The notes: generated by a model from the letters alone, not told the origin. Shown: positions 37,985 through 47,805, counted from the first letter of the stretch. The stretch: DNA of 64,000 nucleotides from Alphaproteobacteria bacterium (GCA_009784235.1 WRCC01000003.1:72984-136983); one strand, 5' to 3'. Translations and numbers: made by a program.

Positions 37985-40089
37985 TATATCCCCATATTTT
38001 GCAGCAATTCGTCAATCGGGCGATTCATCCATTCCGGGTCGCCCGGTTTTGATGGTGCACCAGAATTCATCGCTGTGCGACACGGATGGTCATCGGCCAG
38101 CCAGTTTGACAATAAATCGCTGGTTAAAAAGCCCAATCCCGCACCGGCTGCAATCGACAATCCACCCGTGAACGGCGCCAATAATAATCCGATTCCGGTT
38201 GCCGTCACTGCGCGATTCACAATTGTGCGACCGCTGACCTTTAATTCCGGTTCTGCCAAATCGCCATTAAATTCCATTGAATTCACTATATTATTCGTGG
38301 CGGAAATTTTAAGCCCACGCACCGGTGTCGCAACCATTGCCGCGCGCAGTCGTTCGCGACCCAAATCAACATACCCATGCATGCGCAGATTTATTTCTGC
38401 GGTTTCTGCAGCAACACCGCGTTCGGTCTCGACCATACCGTCGCGCAATTTTAAATTCGCAGCAACACAATTTATTTTCATCTTTTCATATTTGCCCTTG
38501 CCCGTAACCATATCCGTAACATTATGGCGCAGCGCGGTTAAAAAATCCCGACCATATAAATATTCTGTGATATCTGGTAATGCTTGACCGGAACCAACTG
38601 AAAATGCTTGGACCGGACCGGTCATATTTGCCATTAATTCAGACAAATTCGTAGCTCGACTTTCCACGTACAGTTTTACATTTGACGGCAACCCATATAT
38701 AACATTATTTTGACGTAATTGGACCAACAGCTTTCCAATATTGACATTTTCGCCGCGGGCGGCGGCGCGAATGCGAACTTCGCCATTATATTCTGCGCCG
38801 CGGGCCGCCACACGGAAATCACCATCTGCGATTTTTGATGAATGTTCCAGCGTGAACGACCCATCTTTGATATTCATGTGCGATTTGACATTCATCGTAT
38901 TAAATTCGCGGTACATAATCAAATTATCAATATCAAGATGTATGTCTGCATCCGCAATGGTCAGCAATTCCACAGGCAGCGGCGTATCTTTGAACACATT
39001 CAACGGACGGCCTGGATGCACCCACGGAACATCTGGCGCGTAAATCCACGGAAACATTTCCCGCATATTTATGGTCTTGGATTTCAATTTTATTGTCGCG
39101 TGCGGACGACGGGATGACCAATTGTACTCGCCGGAAATTGCAAAATCACTGCGCCGTGATGTTATTGATGATTTATGAATTTTTAATTTTCCGTGGTCAA
39201 ATCCGCCGGATATATTTAATTTTAATGCGGGCGTTTTCGGCAAATCCATATTGAATAATTGGCCGATTGTTACCAGGTCTGAAATTTCACCACTTATTAT
39301 AAAATCAATTGGTATCTTGCTTTTCTGTTCCAGCGCGGCATTAATGACCAATGGCGATATGCGACTGGCAATCGCAATACGCAACGGATATATTTTACGC
39401 GATTCTTCCAGTGGCAAAAATACAATCAGATATGAAAATTCATTGCCCTGCTTTTCAATAACACCACTGTATTCCAATGAATTACGCGTTTGTTTATATT
39501 TAACCTTTATAAAATCAAATTCCCAATCGGTTCGGCCATCCGGATTTATCATCGCAACTTTTGGCTCGATCAATTCCAGCGATGCCAACCCAATATCTAA
39601 ATCAAATGGAAAAGTATTGTCATCATGATGTATTTGTCCGACATCTGTGCGTTCCGTAATCTGTACCGAACTTTCGCCCTTTGCATTTTGTTCAAAGAAA
39701 ATATGCGGACGTGTCATGCGCATTTCTTCGACCGCCGGCGCATCGGTAAATAATGAAATTAAATTAATCGTTGCAGTAATTTGTTCAATGCGTGCAAAGT
39801 CTGGATTTTTCGCCCATTCAGCGTTGGCAATGCGAACTTCTTGCAGGCTGACGCGCGGACGCAAAGACAGCTTCCATGAAACCGCGCCATCGATTTCAAC
39901 TGGCAATCCGGTCGCTGCCGACAAAGTACGTGTTACATCATCACGCAAAGATTCCAAATCAATTTGTGAAATCGCAATTACCGCAGACACAGCAAGCAAG
40001 CCGAAAAACAGCATGACCGCACGAAGTATAAAGACCAAGATTCTTTTTTTACGTCTCATATCTAGTATTATGTAGGATGTAAAAGGCAA
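37984..40089 (-). CDS. AsmA-family protein (N-terminal TM anchor, large periplasmic domain)
   Basis: N-terminal region ...LPVEIDGAVSWKLSLRPRVSLQEVRIAN...INLISLF...MTRPHIFFEQNAKGES is AsmA-like. Its stop overlaps the cdaA start (TAATG). Confidence 0.65.
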   Translation of the reverse strand: MPFTSYIILDMRRKKRILVFILRAVMLFFGLLAVSAVIAISQIDLESLRDDVTRTLSAATGLPVEIDGAVSWKLSLRPRVSLQEVRIANAEWAKNPDFARIEQITATINLISLFTDAPAVEEMRMTRPHIFFEQNAKGESSVQITERTDVGQIHHDDNTFPFDLDIGLASLELIEPKVAMINPDGRTDWEFDFIKVKYKQTRNSLEYSGVIEKQGNEFSYLIVFLPLEESRKIYPLRIAIASRISPLVINAALEQKSKIPIDFIISGEISDLVTIGQLFNMDLPKTPALKLNISGGFDHGKLKIHKSSITSRRSDFAISGEYNWSSRRPHATIKLKSKTINMREMFPWIYAPDVPWVHPGRPLNVFKDTPLPVELLTIADADIHLDIDNLIMYREFNTMNVKSHMNIKDGSFTLEHSSKIADGDFRVAARGAEYNGEVRIRAAARGENVNIGKLLVQLRQNNVIYGLPSNVKLYVESRATNLSELMANMTGPVQAFSVGSGQALPDITEYLYGRDFLTALRHNVTDMVTGKGKYEKMKINCVAANLKLRDGMVETERGVAAETAEINLRMHGYVDLGRERLRAAMVATPVRGLKISATNNIVNSMEFNGDLAEPELKVSGRTIVNRAVTATGIGLLLAPFTGGLSIAAGAGLGFLTSDLLSNWLADDHPCRTAMNSGAPSKPGDPEWMNRPIDELLQNMGI

Positions 40090-40127
40090 AATCTAAATTC
40101 TACCCACTACATACTAACTACTACCTA

Positions 40128-41123
40128 CTATTCTGTTCTCAACTCTAATAACTTTGCCACGCCGCGCATAAAATCTGGCAATGGCGCCCGGACTGTCACG
40201 ACCTTGCCGGTTGATGGATGCTTGAACGATAACCGATGTGCAAATAAAAACAAGTTATTATTATCAATGAACGAACGAAGTGTTGCGGCGGCGGATTCAC
40301 AATCACTGGACCGGCACCGACCATATATGTCATCGCCGACAATCGGCGCGTTCAATGAAAATGCAGAATGCAGTCGTAATTGGTGCGTACGACCGGTCAC
40401 GGGCGAAAACCGCACCCAAGAAACCAAACCCGGCAAATGCGATACAACTTCGTATTTCGTAATCGCGCGATGTGCGCGAACACCGGATTCTTTTTTTAAT
40501 TCATCGGCTTCATCATCTGAAATAACCCGACCCTTGACCATAAAATTATCAATGATTCCGGACTTCGGCGATACATTTCCGGACAGTAATGCAAGGTATT
40601 CTTTCTTCGCATCGCGGCCCGAAAATTCTTCGGCCAACAATTGTGCCGCACGCTGATTTTTCGCCAATACAATAACACCGCTGGTGTCTCTGTCCAGACG
40701 GTGCACCAGCATGATTTTATCATGCGGAAACATGGCGGCCGCCATTTTATCCAGTGATTTTTGAATACCTGTTCCGCCCTGGGTTGCCAAGCCGGCCGGT
40801 TTATCAAACACGACAATATCTGCGTCATCATGGATTATCCGCGTGCGCAGGTTTTCCAAATCACGCATTGAAAATCGTTCGCCGGATTCCGTTCGTTTTG
40901 GTTTTTCGGATGCAATGCGCGATGTTGCGCCCGGTGGCACGCGAACCATATCGCCGGATTTTAATATTTCATCACCGCGGCAACGCCGGGAATTGATTCG
41001 GATTTGACCGCTGCGACACAGCTTGCGCAATTCGCCAATATTGACGGACGGATAATGCCGCCCAAACCAGCGGGCCAGCCGGATTCCGTCTTCGGTCATT
41101 GAAACTTTTATTGGTTCGGCCAT
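40128..41123 (-). CDS. RluA-family 23S rRNA pseudouridine synthase (RluC/D-like), with an S4 domain
   Basis: HRLDRDTSGVIVLAKN catalytic-Asp motif and an N-terminal S4-like domain. Confidence 0.85.
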   Translation of the reverse strand: MAEPIKVSMTEDGIRLARWFGRHYPSVNIGELRKLCRSGQIRINSRRCRGDEILKSGDMVRVPPGATSRIASEKPKRTESGERFSMRDLENLRTRIIHDDADIVVFDKPAGLATQGGTGIQKSLDKMAAAMFPHDKIMLVHRLDRDTSGVIVLAKNQRAAQLLAEEFSGRDAKKEYLALLSGNVSPKSGIIDNFMVKGRVISDDEADELKKESGVRAHRAITKYEVVSHLPGLVSWVRFSPVTGRTHQLRLHSAFSLNAPIVGDDIYGRCRSSDCESAAATLRSFIDNNNLFLFAHRLSFKHPSTGKVVTVRAPLPDFMRGVAKLLELRTE

Positions 41124-41134
41124 GCCGGGCCTAT

Positions 41135-41626
41135 TTAATTATAGATAATTCTGACAACGTTCTGACCCGACGAAGCGCTGCAATCGGATGGGGTTGCAGT
41201 CGCGCCGCCAAAGCGTCCGTCCGACATTTGGTATCCGACCGAATCAATCCATGCACGACCGGCAAAGAACAAGCAATCAGATTGGTTCAATCCATCGATG
41301 GTCAAAACAAATTGTTGAATATTTTCTGGATTGGTTTCGATTCTGTAATTGCCGCCGAATGGATTTTTTTGCGAAACACCGATTTGTGCGAATACTATAT
41401 TTGGATTAATTCCGGAAAAATCATCGAATCCGCCGAATTGGGCACGCACACCGGTAACAATCATGGAAACTTCATCATTAACACTGGTACGTTTTTGATT
41501 GCGCATTGCCACAGAAATCATCGCAATCGCGCCGACGGTGATAATTCCCATAATTGCCAAAACGCCCAGCATTTCAATCATACTGCGTCCGCTTTGTTGG
41601 TTTTTGAAAAATTGTTTGCGGTTCAT
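41135..41626 (-). CDS. Type IV pilin / pseudopilin (prepilin with N-terminal methylation motif)
   Basis: QSGRSMIEMLGVLAIMGIITVGAI has the G|xxxxE prepilin cleavage/methylation pattern with Glu at +5. The C-terminal Cys pair fits a pilin. Confidence 0.72.
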   Translation of the reverse strand: MNRKQFFKNQQSGRSMIEMLGVLAIMGIITVGAIAMISVAMRNQKRTSVNDEVSMIVTGVRAQFGGFDDFSGINPNIVFAQIGVSQKNPFGGNYRIETNPENIQQFVLTIDGLNQSDCLFFAGRAWIDSVGYQMSDGRFGGATATPSDCSASSGQNVVRIIYN

Positions 41627-41642
41627 TTGTAATCCTTTTACT

Positions 41643-41670
41643 TGATAGTTTTATCTTGGTCACTATAATA
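41643..41670 (+). promoter_or_regulatory. Candidate promoter for uvrC (TTGATA, 15-16-nt spacer, TATAAT); uvrC appears to start at a TTG at 41688
   Basis: cttgatagttttatcttggtcactataata followed by an AAAAGG ribosome-binding site. Confidence 0.45.
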
Positions 41671-41687
41671 GCATAAAAGGCCTGAAA

Positions 41688-43436
41688 TTGCAATTCGAAC
41701 AACTGATTGAAAATATTCCCAATGTACCCGGCGTGTACCAGATGTTTGATTTGGACGGCAACCTGCTTTATGTTGGCAAAGCCAAAGATTTACGGAAACG
41801 CCTGACCCAATATACCAATATCGACCGATTGCCATATAATATGAAACAAATGCGGCGATTGGTTTCGAATATCGAAATAATCCAGACAAAAACCGAATCG
41901 GAAGCACTCATCCTGGAATCAGATTTAATAAAGAATAAAAAGCCGCGTTATAACATACTGCTGACCGATGATAAAATGTATCCGATGCTGGCATTGACGG
42001 CCGACGAATTTCCGCGGCTTTATAAATTCCGCGGGCGCGCGACCCAGAAAAAAGACGTCTTTGGTCCGTATTCATCCATATATTCATTAAACGATACGAT
42101 TAAATTAATTCAAAAGGTATGCAAAATTCGGACTTGTACCAATTCATATATGAATAATCGAAACCGTCCGTGTTTGCTGTATCAAATCGGCCGATGCAGC
42201 GCGCCATGCACCGTGCCGAACAACGATTATAAAAATTCTGTGGCATTGGCGCGGCGAATATTATCCGGCGATATTGCAACCGTTACCAAAGAACTATCCC
42301 TATTAATGGACGCTGCATCTGAAAAATTAGATTTCGAAGGAGCGGCCAAAATCCGGGACCAAATACGCGCATTGGCTGAAACCGCATCACGCGGTAAAAT
42401 GACCACCGCGTCCGCCGATTATTTTGCCGGCGATTTCACGACCGTACCCGTAATCGCAATCGCACAAATGCGCGCCGGGCAATATATATCGAATCAAACC
42501 ATATATCCAAAGCAAACTGATGGCATGTCACCGGCCGATATTATGGAACAGACGATATTGTGGTTCTATGGGAATCGGGAATCGGGAATCGGGAATCGTA
42601 TTCCAATTATTACCAATATTGAAACACCATTATTAAAATCGAATTTCGAATCTCGAATTTCGAATTTCGCAGATGACCCCGAAATCCAAAAATTATTAAA
42701 CCAGATTTCATTAAACCGGAAAACTTTTGGTGGTGCTAAAATCAACTGGACCGAATCGGTGGGTGCGCTGGAAGAATGGATGGGCATAAAAATTGACCGC
42801 GCGGATGTGTTTGATAATTCGCACTTGTTCGGCACGAACCCGGTCGGCGCAATGATTGTATTAAACAAAGACGGATTCCAGAAAAAAGAATACCGGCATT
42901 ACAAATTAAAAGATTCGGCAGTCGCCGGTAATGATATCGGAATGATGACGGAATTTATTTCGCGCCGATATAAAAATGCCGATGACAATAATCAATTATT
43001 AATCGTCGATGGCGGACGGGCGCAGTGGAATGCTGCGAAAAAAGTTTTGAAAAAACTGAATCTGGATATTCCGGTTTTGGGTATTACAAAAGGCGAAGTT
43101 CGCGATGGTGATGAACATTTTATAAAGCCGGACGGCAGTACGGACACATCTTTATCAAAAGATTCGCCACTTTTCCTGATGCTGCGCGCCGTGCGGGATG
43201 AAGCACATCGGTTCGCGATAACGCATCACAGGGCGGTGCGCGCCAAAACGAATGTTGCCAGCACGCTGGACGATATTCCAGGAATTGGCGCCGCACGACG
43301 ACGCGCTTTGCTGCGACATTTTGGGTCGGTCGCCAGAATCGCGGATGCATCCATTGATGCAATTGCAAAGGTACCCGGAATGTCGAAATTGATGGCAGAA
43401 AAAACCTATGGACACTTTCACCCTGAAAGTGCATAA
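41688..43436 (+). CDS. uvrC: Excinuclease ABC subunit C, with in-frame heptanucleotide repeat insertions
   Basis: GIY-YIG N-terminus (VPGVYQMFDLDGNLLYVGKAKDLRKRL), a UvrBC domain, a C-terminal RNase-H-like domain and HhH. Confidence 0.95.
   Translation: MQFEQLIENIPNVPGVYQMFDLDGNLLYVGKAKDLRKRLTQYTNIDRLPYNMKQMRRLVSNIEIIQTKTESEALILESDLIKNKKPRYNILLTDDKMYPMLALTADEFPRLYKFRGRATQKKDVFGPYSSIYSLNDTIKLIQKVCKIRTCTNSYMNNRNRPCLLYQIGRCSAPCTVPNNDYKNSVALARRILSGDIATVTKELSLLMDAASEKLDFEGAAKIRDQIRALAETASRGKMTTASADYFAGDFTTVPVIAIAQMRAGQYISNQTIYPKQTDGMSPADIMEQTILWFYGNRESGIGNRIPIITNIETPLLKSNFESRISNFADDPEIQKLLNQISLNRKTFGGAKINWTESVGALEEWMGIKIDRADVFDNSHLFGTNPVGAMIVLNKDGFQKKEYRHYKLKDSAVAGNDIGMMTEFISRRYKNADDNNQLLIVDGGRAQWNAAKKVLKKLNLDIPVLGITKGEVRDGDEHFIKPDGSTDTSLSKDSPLFLMLRAVRDEAHRFAITHHRAVRAKTNVASTLDDIPGIGAARRRALLRHFGSVARIADASIDAIAKVPGMSKLMAEKTYGHFHPESA
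42570..42597. repeat. (GGGAATC)x4 heptanucleotide tandem repeat inside uvrC
   Basis: gggaatcgggaatcgggaatcgggaatc encodes GNRESGIGNR. Confidence 0.9.
42641..42668. repeat. (GAATTTC)x4 heptanucleotide tandem repeat (one unit GAATCTC) inside uvrC
   Basis: gaatttcgaatctcgaatttcgaatttc encodes SNFESRISNF. Confidence 0.9.
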
Positions 43437-43468
43437 TTGTAAACATTAAACAAAAGGAAGGAAAAATT

Positions 43469-44083
43469 ATGATTAATAAATTGAGCACTTGGTGCAAAAA
43501 AAATATGAAACTGATTGTTAATTCGTTAACCGGATTTCGGATTGTCGCGGCATTCCTGTTGATACCGCTGCTGGCCTACCAAAAATTCTGGCTGATATTT
43601 ATCCTGTTCACATTGGCCGCCGCATCTGACTTTTTCGATGGGTTCCTCGCGAAAAAATACAACGCTGTGACAAAGCTGGGCGGCGTGTTGGACCATATTG
43701 GCGATAAATTATTGATTACGATTGCATCGTTGGTCTTGGCCATGTTCTTGCAATTGTGGATTATATTTATCCCAGTAATATTGATGATTTGCCGCAATCT
43801 GTACGTATCGGGCATGCGCGAATTCTTGGGCACCCAGAAAATGGAAATGCCGGTGCCAGCATTCCGTTTTTCATGGCCGAAAATTGCAACAGTATTGCAA
43901 ATGGCGTCCATCGGATTATTGTTCTTTGTAATCTGTTTGTTGCCATACGCACCGACCAGCAAGATTTTGTATTACGTTCTGATGTCTGGTATCGTCGGTA
44001 TCTGGCTGGCGCTGGGCGCATCTTTATGGTCCGCATGGGGATACACCCGCGAATTTTGGACGAAAATTAAAAAGCTGAAATAA
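43469..44083 (+). CDS. pgsA: CDP-diacylglycerol--glycerol-3-phosphate 3-phosphatidyltransferase
   Basis: CDP-alcohol phosphatidyltransferase motif DFFDGFLAKK...GGVLDHIGDKLL. A strong AAGGAAGGA ribosome-binding site sits upstream. Confidence 0.85.
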   Translation: MINKLSTWCKKNMKLIVNSLTGFRIVAAFLLIPLLAYQKFWLIFILFTLAAASDFFDGFLAKKYNAVTKLGGVLDHIGDKLLITIASLVLAMFLQLWIIFIPVILMICRNLYVSGMREFLGTQKMEMPVPAFRFSWPKIATVLQMASIGLLFFVICLLPYAPTSKILYYVLMSGIVGIWLALGASLWSAWGYTREFWTKIKKLK

Positions 44084-44118
44084 ATTAAAATTAAAAATCC
44101 GGCATACGCCGGATTTTT

Positions 44119-45417
44119 TTATCCATGAATTAATTGTTCTATTTCGGCGGTCATCAACAGGTCAGTTTGTTTTTGCTTTTCGATTTGGGCCAATCCGTAT
44201 AGCACGGTCGCATGGTCACGGTCACCAACAATACGTCCAATTTCAGCCAACGACAAGTCAGTTGTTTGTTTAAGTACGGCCATTATAATCTGGCGCGCAC
44301 GGACAACACCCCGGACCCGTGATGGCGATGCAACATCATCAAATGATACACCCAATTTGGCCGCCATTTCACGCGCACGACCCAATGGTGTTTTTTGTTT
44401 GGTCAGTACATCCGCTAATAATTTTTCTGCAACGTCCAATGTGACATCTATATCCATCATATCACGCCACGCCGCGATTTTTTTCGCAACGCCCGACACG
44501 ATATGTCCATTCGCCGAAATACGACCAGACAAATTATCGGCAACCGCCGCCGGCACATTTGCACGTGTCATAATTGAACGGCGTACAGTTTTATTCGGCG
44601 CTACAATATCCGCGACCAGACCAGATGCCAACAATGATTGCAAACGACGGTCGAATCCGGTCAAATTCGCAGGCGATGCATTCGAAAACAACGCAATATT
44701 TTTACCCATTTTAACCAAATCAACCAACAGGCCAGTAAATTCTTCGGATGTGGCGCGCTTGCCGCAAATTGCTTGGACGTCGTCCATAATAAAGTTATCA
44801 CAATTGCGCACAAAATCTTTGAATGCGAATATATTGCGTTCAGTGATTGCACGCTGGAATTCCGCAACAAATTGCGAGCCCGTCATCATCAATGTTTTGC
44901 CATGCGCGCAACCATGCAAACATTCCGCCAATAGCGTTTTTCCGCATCCATCCGCACCGTAAATAAACAGCGGCGAGAAAGTTATTTTCCCAGCCGCAAA
45001 TTTTTTACACGCATTTACCGCAAACGCATTTTCATCGCACGCGACAAAGGAATCGAATCCTGTTGCATCGGGCGCGGTCACAGGTAATAATTCACATGTT
45101 ATGATTTCTTTCCGCGGCGCATTGTCATTCATCGGACGCGGTGAAATAGAATGAGCGGGACGACCGGCGCAAACACGAACGGACAATCCAAATTCGGACG
45201 CAAATGTATGGAGTATGTTTGTATAGGTTGCACGAACAAAATCGCATGCAAATTGGTTATGGGCAATCAACGATAGAATATTGCCATCAACAGAAAAAGA
45301 CAAAGGGGCAATCCAGGAATCAAACGCGGCGCTGTCGACACGCGATTTTATCGCGTTTTTGATGCAATCCGCAACATTTGTTGTCGCAGTCTTTGCATTC
45401 GCGCATGCCGTCATCAT
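44119..45417 (-). CDS. dnaA: Chromosomal replication initiator DnaA (divergent)
   Basis: AAA+ P-loop GADGCGKTLL, a sensor region and a C-terminal DNA-binding domain (SRVRGVVRARQIIMAVLK...DHATVLYGLAQIE). Confidence 0.85.
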   Translation of the reverse strand: MMTACANAKTATTNVADCIKNAIKSRVDSAAFDSWIAPLSFSVDGNILSLIAHNQFACDFVRATYTNILHTFASEFGLSVRVCAGRPAHSISPRPMNDNAPRKEIITCELLPVTAPDATGFDSFVACDENAFAVNACKKFAAGKITFSPLFIYGADGCGKTLLAECLHGCAHGKTLMMTGSQFVAEFQRAITERNIFAFKDFVRNCDNFIMDDVQAICGKRATSEEFTGLLVDLVKMGKNIALFSNASPANLTGFDRRLQSLLASGLVADIVAPNKTVRRSIMTRANVPAAVADNLSGRISANGHIVSGVAKKIAAWRDMMDIDVTLDVAEKLLADVLTKQKTPLGRAREMAAKLGVSFDDVASPSRVRGVVRARQIIMAVLKQTTDLSLAEIGRIVGDRDHATVLYGLAQIEKQKQTDLLMTAEIEQLIHG

Positions 45418-45616
45418 CGCGATCCCCCTTTTCCCTTTTGTGCGATATAAATTAATATATCGTTCGTTTGTGATTGGACATTAAATCAAAAAAACAAATT
45501 CACAAGCATTTTATAAAAAATATTTTTAACTTATCGGCTTGCCGCCGATTCGTTTTTTTGCCCGGTTTCCGCGGACTGTATAGGCATTGTATATACACGG
45601 TATATACATAAAACTG

Positions 45617-46648
45617 TTATGTTTTTACGTATCCGCTGCCTGTATTTTTTATGTATCCGCCGATTTCCAGCATGACCAATTCACGCTTTACTTCGGCCAC
45701 AGATTTTTTGACAAGTTCTGACAATACAGATTCCGCCATAGGAATATTTCCCAATTTATCCAGCACGTCATTATTTATGATTTCTGACTTATGATTTGTG
45801 GTTTTATTTTGCCGCGTGACTTCGAAAAAATCGCCCATGCCATCACATAATGTCGCCCGCCCCTCTTTTATCAGTCGATTCGGGCCCACGCTTCGCGAAT
45901 CGGATGGGTGGCCTGGGATGGCAAAAACCGGCCGATTATATTCAATTGCGAATTGTGCGGTTGCCATACTGCCTGATTTTTCATCTGCTTCACCAATTAT
46001 CAATTTTTCGGATAACCCGGCAATCCACCTGTTACGCTGAATAAAATTATTAGTAACCGGTTTTATGCCAACTGGTAATTCCGACACGACACATCCGCGT
46101 TCGATAATTTCATGATACAGCCGTTCATTTTCCAACGGCCATATATAATCCACACCGCCGGCCAAAACAGCAATTGTATTTGCATCGCCTGCAGCGGCCA
46201 ATGCGCCGCGATGCGCCGCCGTATCACACCCCATCGCCATACCGGACACAATTGCATGCCCACGCGATGAAAATTCATGCGCCAAATCGTACATGAATTT
46301 CATACCGGCGCCCGTTGCATGACGCGTACCAACCATTCCAACCATTGACATACGCAACGCTGCAATATTCCCACGCACTGATATCACCGGCGGATGATTT
46401 TTAACGCTGCGCAAATTGGCTGGATAATCATCCGAATCATCCGATATATATATAATGCCCATCCGCGCAGCATTGTCCATTTCGCGCCGCACCGAATCAA
46501 TATGTGACGCAGCCGCGGCCAAAGATTCCGACGCAGCCGCGGCCGACCCAAATTTATTTATCAATTCTGCGTAACGAACCGGTCCAACGCGCGGCATCCG
46601 CAGTATTAATAATTTATGAAATAATTCCTGATTGTTCATGATGCCCAA
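45617..46648 (-). CDS. dprA: DNA-processing protein DprA/Smf
   Basis: Rossmann-like DprA core (VSGMAMGCDTAAHRGALAAAG...AVLAGGVDYIWP...). Confidence 0.85.
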   Translation of the reverse strand: MGIMNNQELFHKLLILRMPRVGPVRYAELINKFGSAAAASESLAAAASHIDSVRREMDNAARMGIIYISDDSDDYPANLRSVKNHPPVISVRGNIAALRMSMVGMVGTRHATGAGMKFMYDLAHEFSSRGHAIVSGMAMGCDTAAHRGALAAAGDANTIAVLAGGVDYIWPLENERLYHEIIERGCVVSELPVGIKPVTNNFIQRNRWIAGLSEKLIIGEADEKSGSMATAQFAIEYNRPVFAIPGHPSDSRSVGPNRLIKEGRATLCDGMGDFFEVTRQNKTTNHKSEIINNDVLDKLGNIPMAESVLSELVKKSVAEVKRELVMLEIGGYIKNTGSGYVKT

Positions 46649-46688
46649 TTATAATAAAAAATGCCGCATATCGCGACATTTTATTTAT

Positions 46689-46719
46689 CTTCAAACCTAA
46701 AACTTCCTACTTCAAACTT
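46689..46719. repeat. Partial copy (one arm) of the CTTCAAAC / CCTACTTC palindromic-element family
   Basis: cttcaaacctaaaacttcctacttcaaactt lies at the dprA/plsY junction. Confidence 0.55.
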
Positions 46720-47305
46720 ATTTCTTCCACTTCCATTCAATCTTTGATTCTTTACCGTCGGCCAATCTTTGAATGTTTTCCCGGTGCTGCCACAGGCCCA
46801 ACAATGCCAACAATAGCATAACAACAAATCCATAAAATCCCATAAATAATCCAAATACAGGCAGCAAGCACAAAATAACAATCCCGGCCAGCGATGAATA
46901 TCCAAACGCGACAACCATGATTATCCAAATCAATCCGCTGATTACAAACAATATCGGATTAATGGCCATAAGAACGCCGAGCGTTGATGCAAATCCCTTG
47001 CCGCCACGGAACCCCAACCATACCGGAAAATTATGACCAACAACGGCGGCCGCACCCGCCAACATTCCAACAACCGGACCACCGACATAAAAGCCCAGCA
47101 ATACGGCAAAGATTGCTTTCAGCATATCAGATATAACAGTCAGCAACGCAACGGACAGTCCGCCATGCCGCATAACATTTGTTGCACCCGTGCTGCGCGA
47201 ACCTTTTTTACGAATATCGCCCAAGCCGAACATCTTGGCATAAATCACGCCAAATGGAATGGAACCCAACAAATAACCAATAATAATCATAATAAATGTG
47301 TTCAT
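46718..47305 (-). CDS. plsY: Glycerol-3-phosphate acyltransferase PlsY
   Basis: MNTFIMIIIGYLLGSIPFGV...; the ATG at 47305 has an AGGAGAGG ribosome-binding site. Confidence 0.9.
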   Translation of the reverse strand: MNTFIMIIIGYLLGSIPFGVIYAKMFGLGDIRKKGSRSTGATNVMRHGGLSVALLTVISDMLKAIFAVLLGFYVGGPVVGMLAGAAAVVGHNFPVWLGFRGGKGFASTLGVLMAINPILFVISGLIWIIMVVAFGYSSLAGIVILCLLPVFGLFMGFYGFVVMLLLALLGLWQHRENIQRLADGKESKIEWKWKK

Positions 47306-47379
47306 GAAGCCTCTCCTGTGTCTGGCGGACAGTATATCACAAATCGCATAAAAATTCAATTGTTAAATGCGCCCTGCTC

Positions 47380-47408
47380 TTGACTTTCGCCAAAAATATA
47401 GTCATAAT
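47380..47408 (+). promoter_or_regulatory. Sigma70-type promoter for rpsT (TTGACT, 17-nt spacer, CATAAT)
   Basis: cttgactttcgccaaaaatatagtcataat. Confidence 0.6.
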
Positions 47409-47446
47409 AGCGCCAATCTTGCAATAAATATAAAGGACTATTAAAA

Positions 47447-47707
47447 ATGGCAAACCATAAATCTGCAAAGAAACGTATATTGGTAACGGCAAAAAAGAAC
47501 GCGGTTAACATCGCCCGCCGGTCCCAGGTTAAAACATTCACCAAGAAAGCGGTCAAGGCAATCGATTCGGGTGACAAAGCCGCCGCCGTTGCCGCAACGC
47601 GCACCGCGGAATCAAAAATCATGAAATCCGCCGGCAAAGTCATGCCGAAAAAACGCGCCGCACGCAAAGTCTCTCGCCTTGTGAAAAAAGTCAACAAAAT
47701 GGCTTAA
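47447..47707 (+). CDS. rpsT: 30S ribosomal protein S20
   Basis: MANHKSAKKRILVTAKKNAVNIARRS.... Confidence 0.95.
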   Translation: MANHKSAKKRILVTAKKNAVNIARRSQVKTFTKKAVKAIDSGDKAAAVAATRTAESKIMKSAGKVMPKKRAARKVSRLVKKVNKMA

Positions 47708-47716
47708 TGAAATTAA

Positions 47717-47746
47717 AATCCCGCGAATGCGGGATTTTTTATTAAA
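47717..47746 (+). terminator. Rho-independent terminator after rpsT
   Basis: aaaatcccgcgaatgcgggattttttatt. Confidence 0.85.
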
Positions 47747-47805
47747 CCTTTGCTTTTGCTCATTGAGCACGGGAAAACCACCATATACCGACCATACTGA
47801 TTAAA

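Noticed and set aside
45418-45616. dnaA upstream spacer as oriC
   Set aside because: It contains only weak 6-7/9 matches to DnaA boxes and short direct repeats (TACGTATCCGC x2 at 45640..45670 lie in the dprA 3' end). That is not enough to call an origin.
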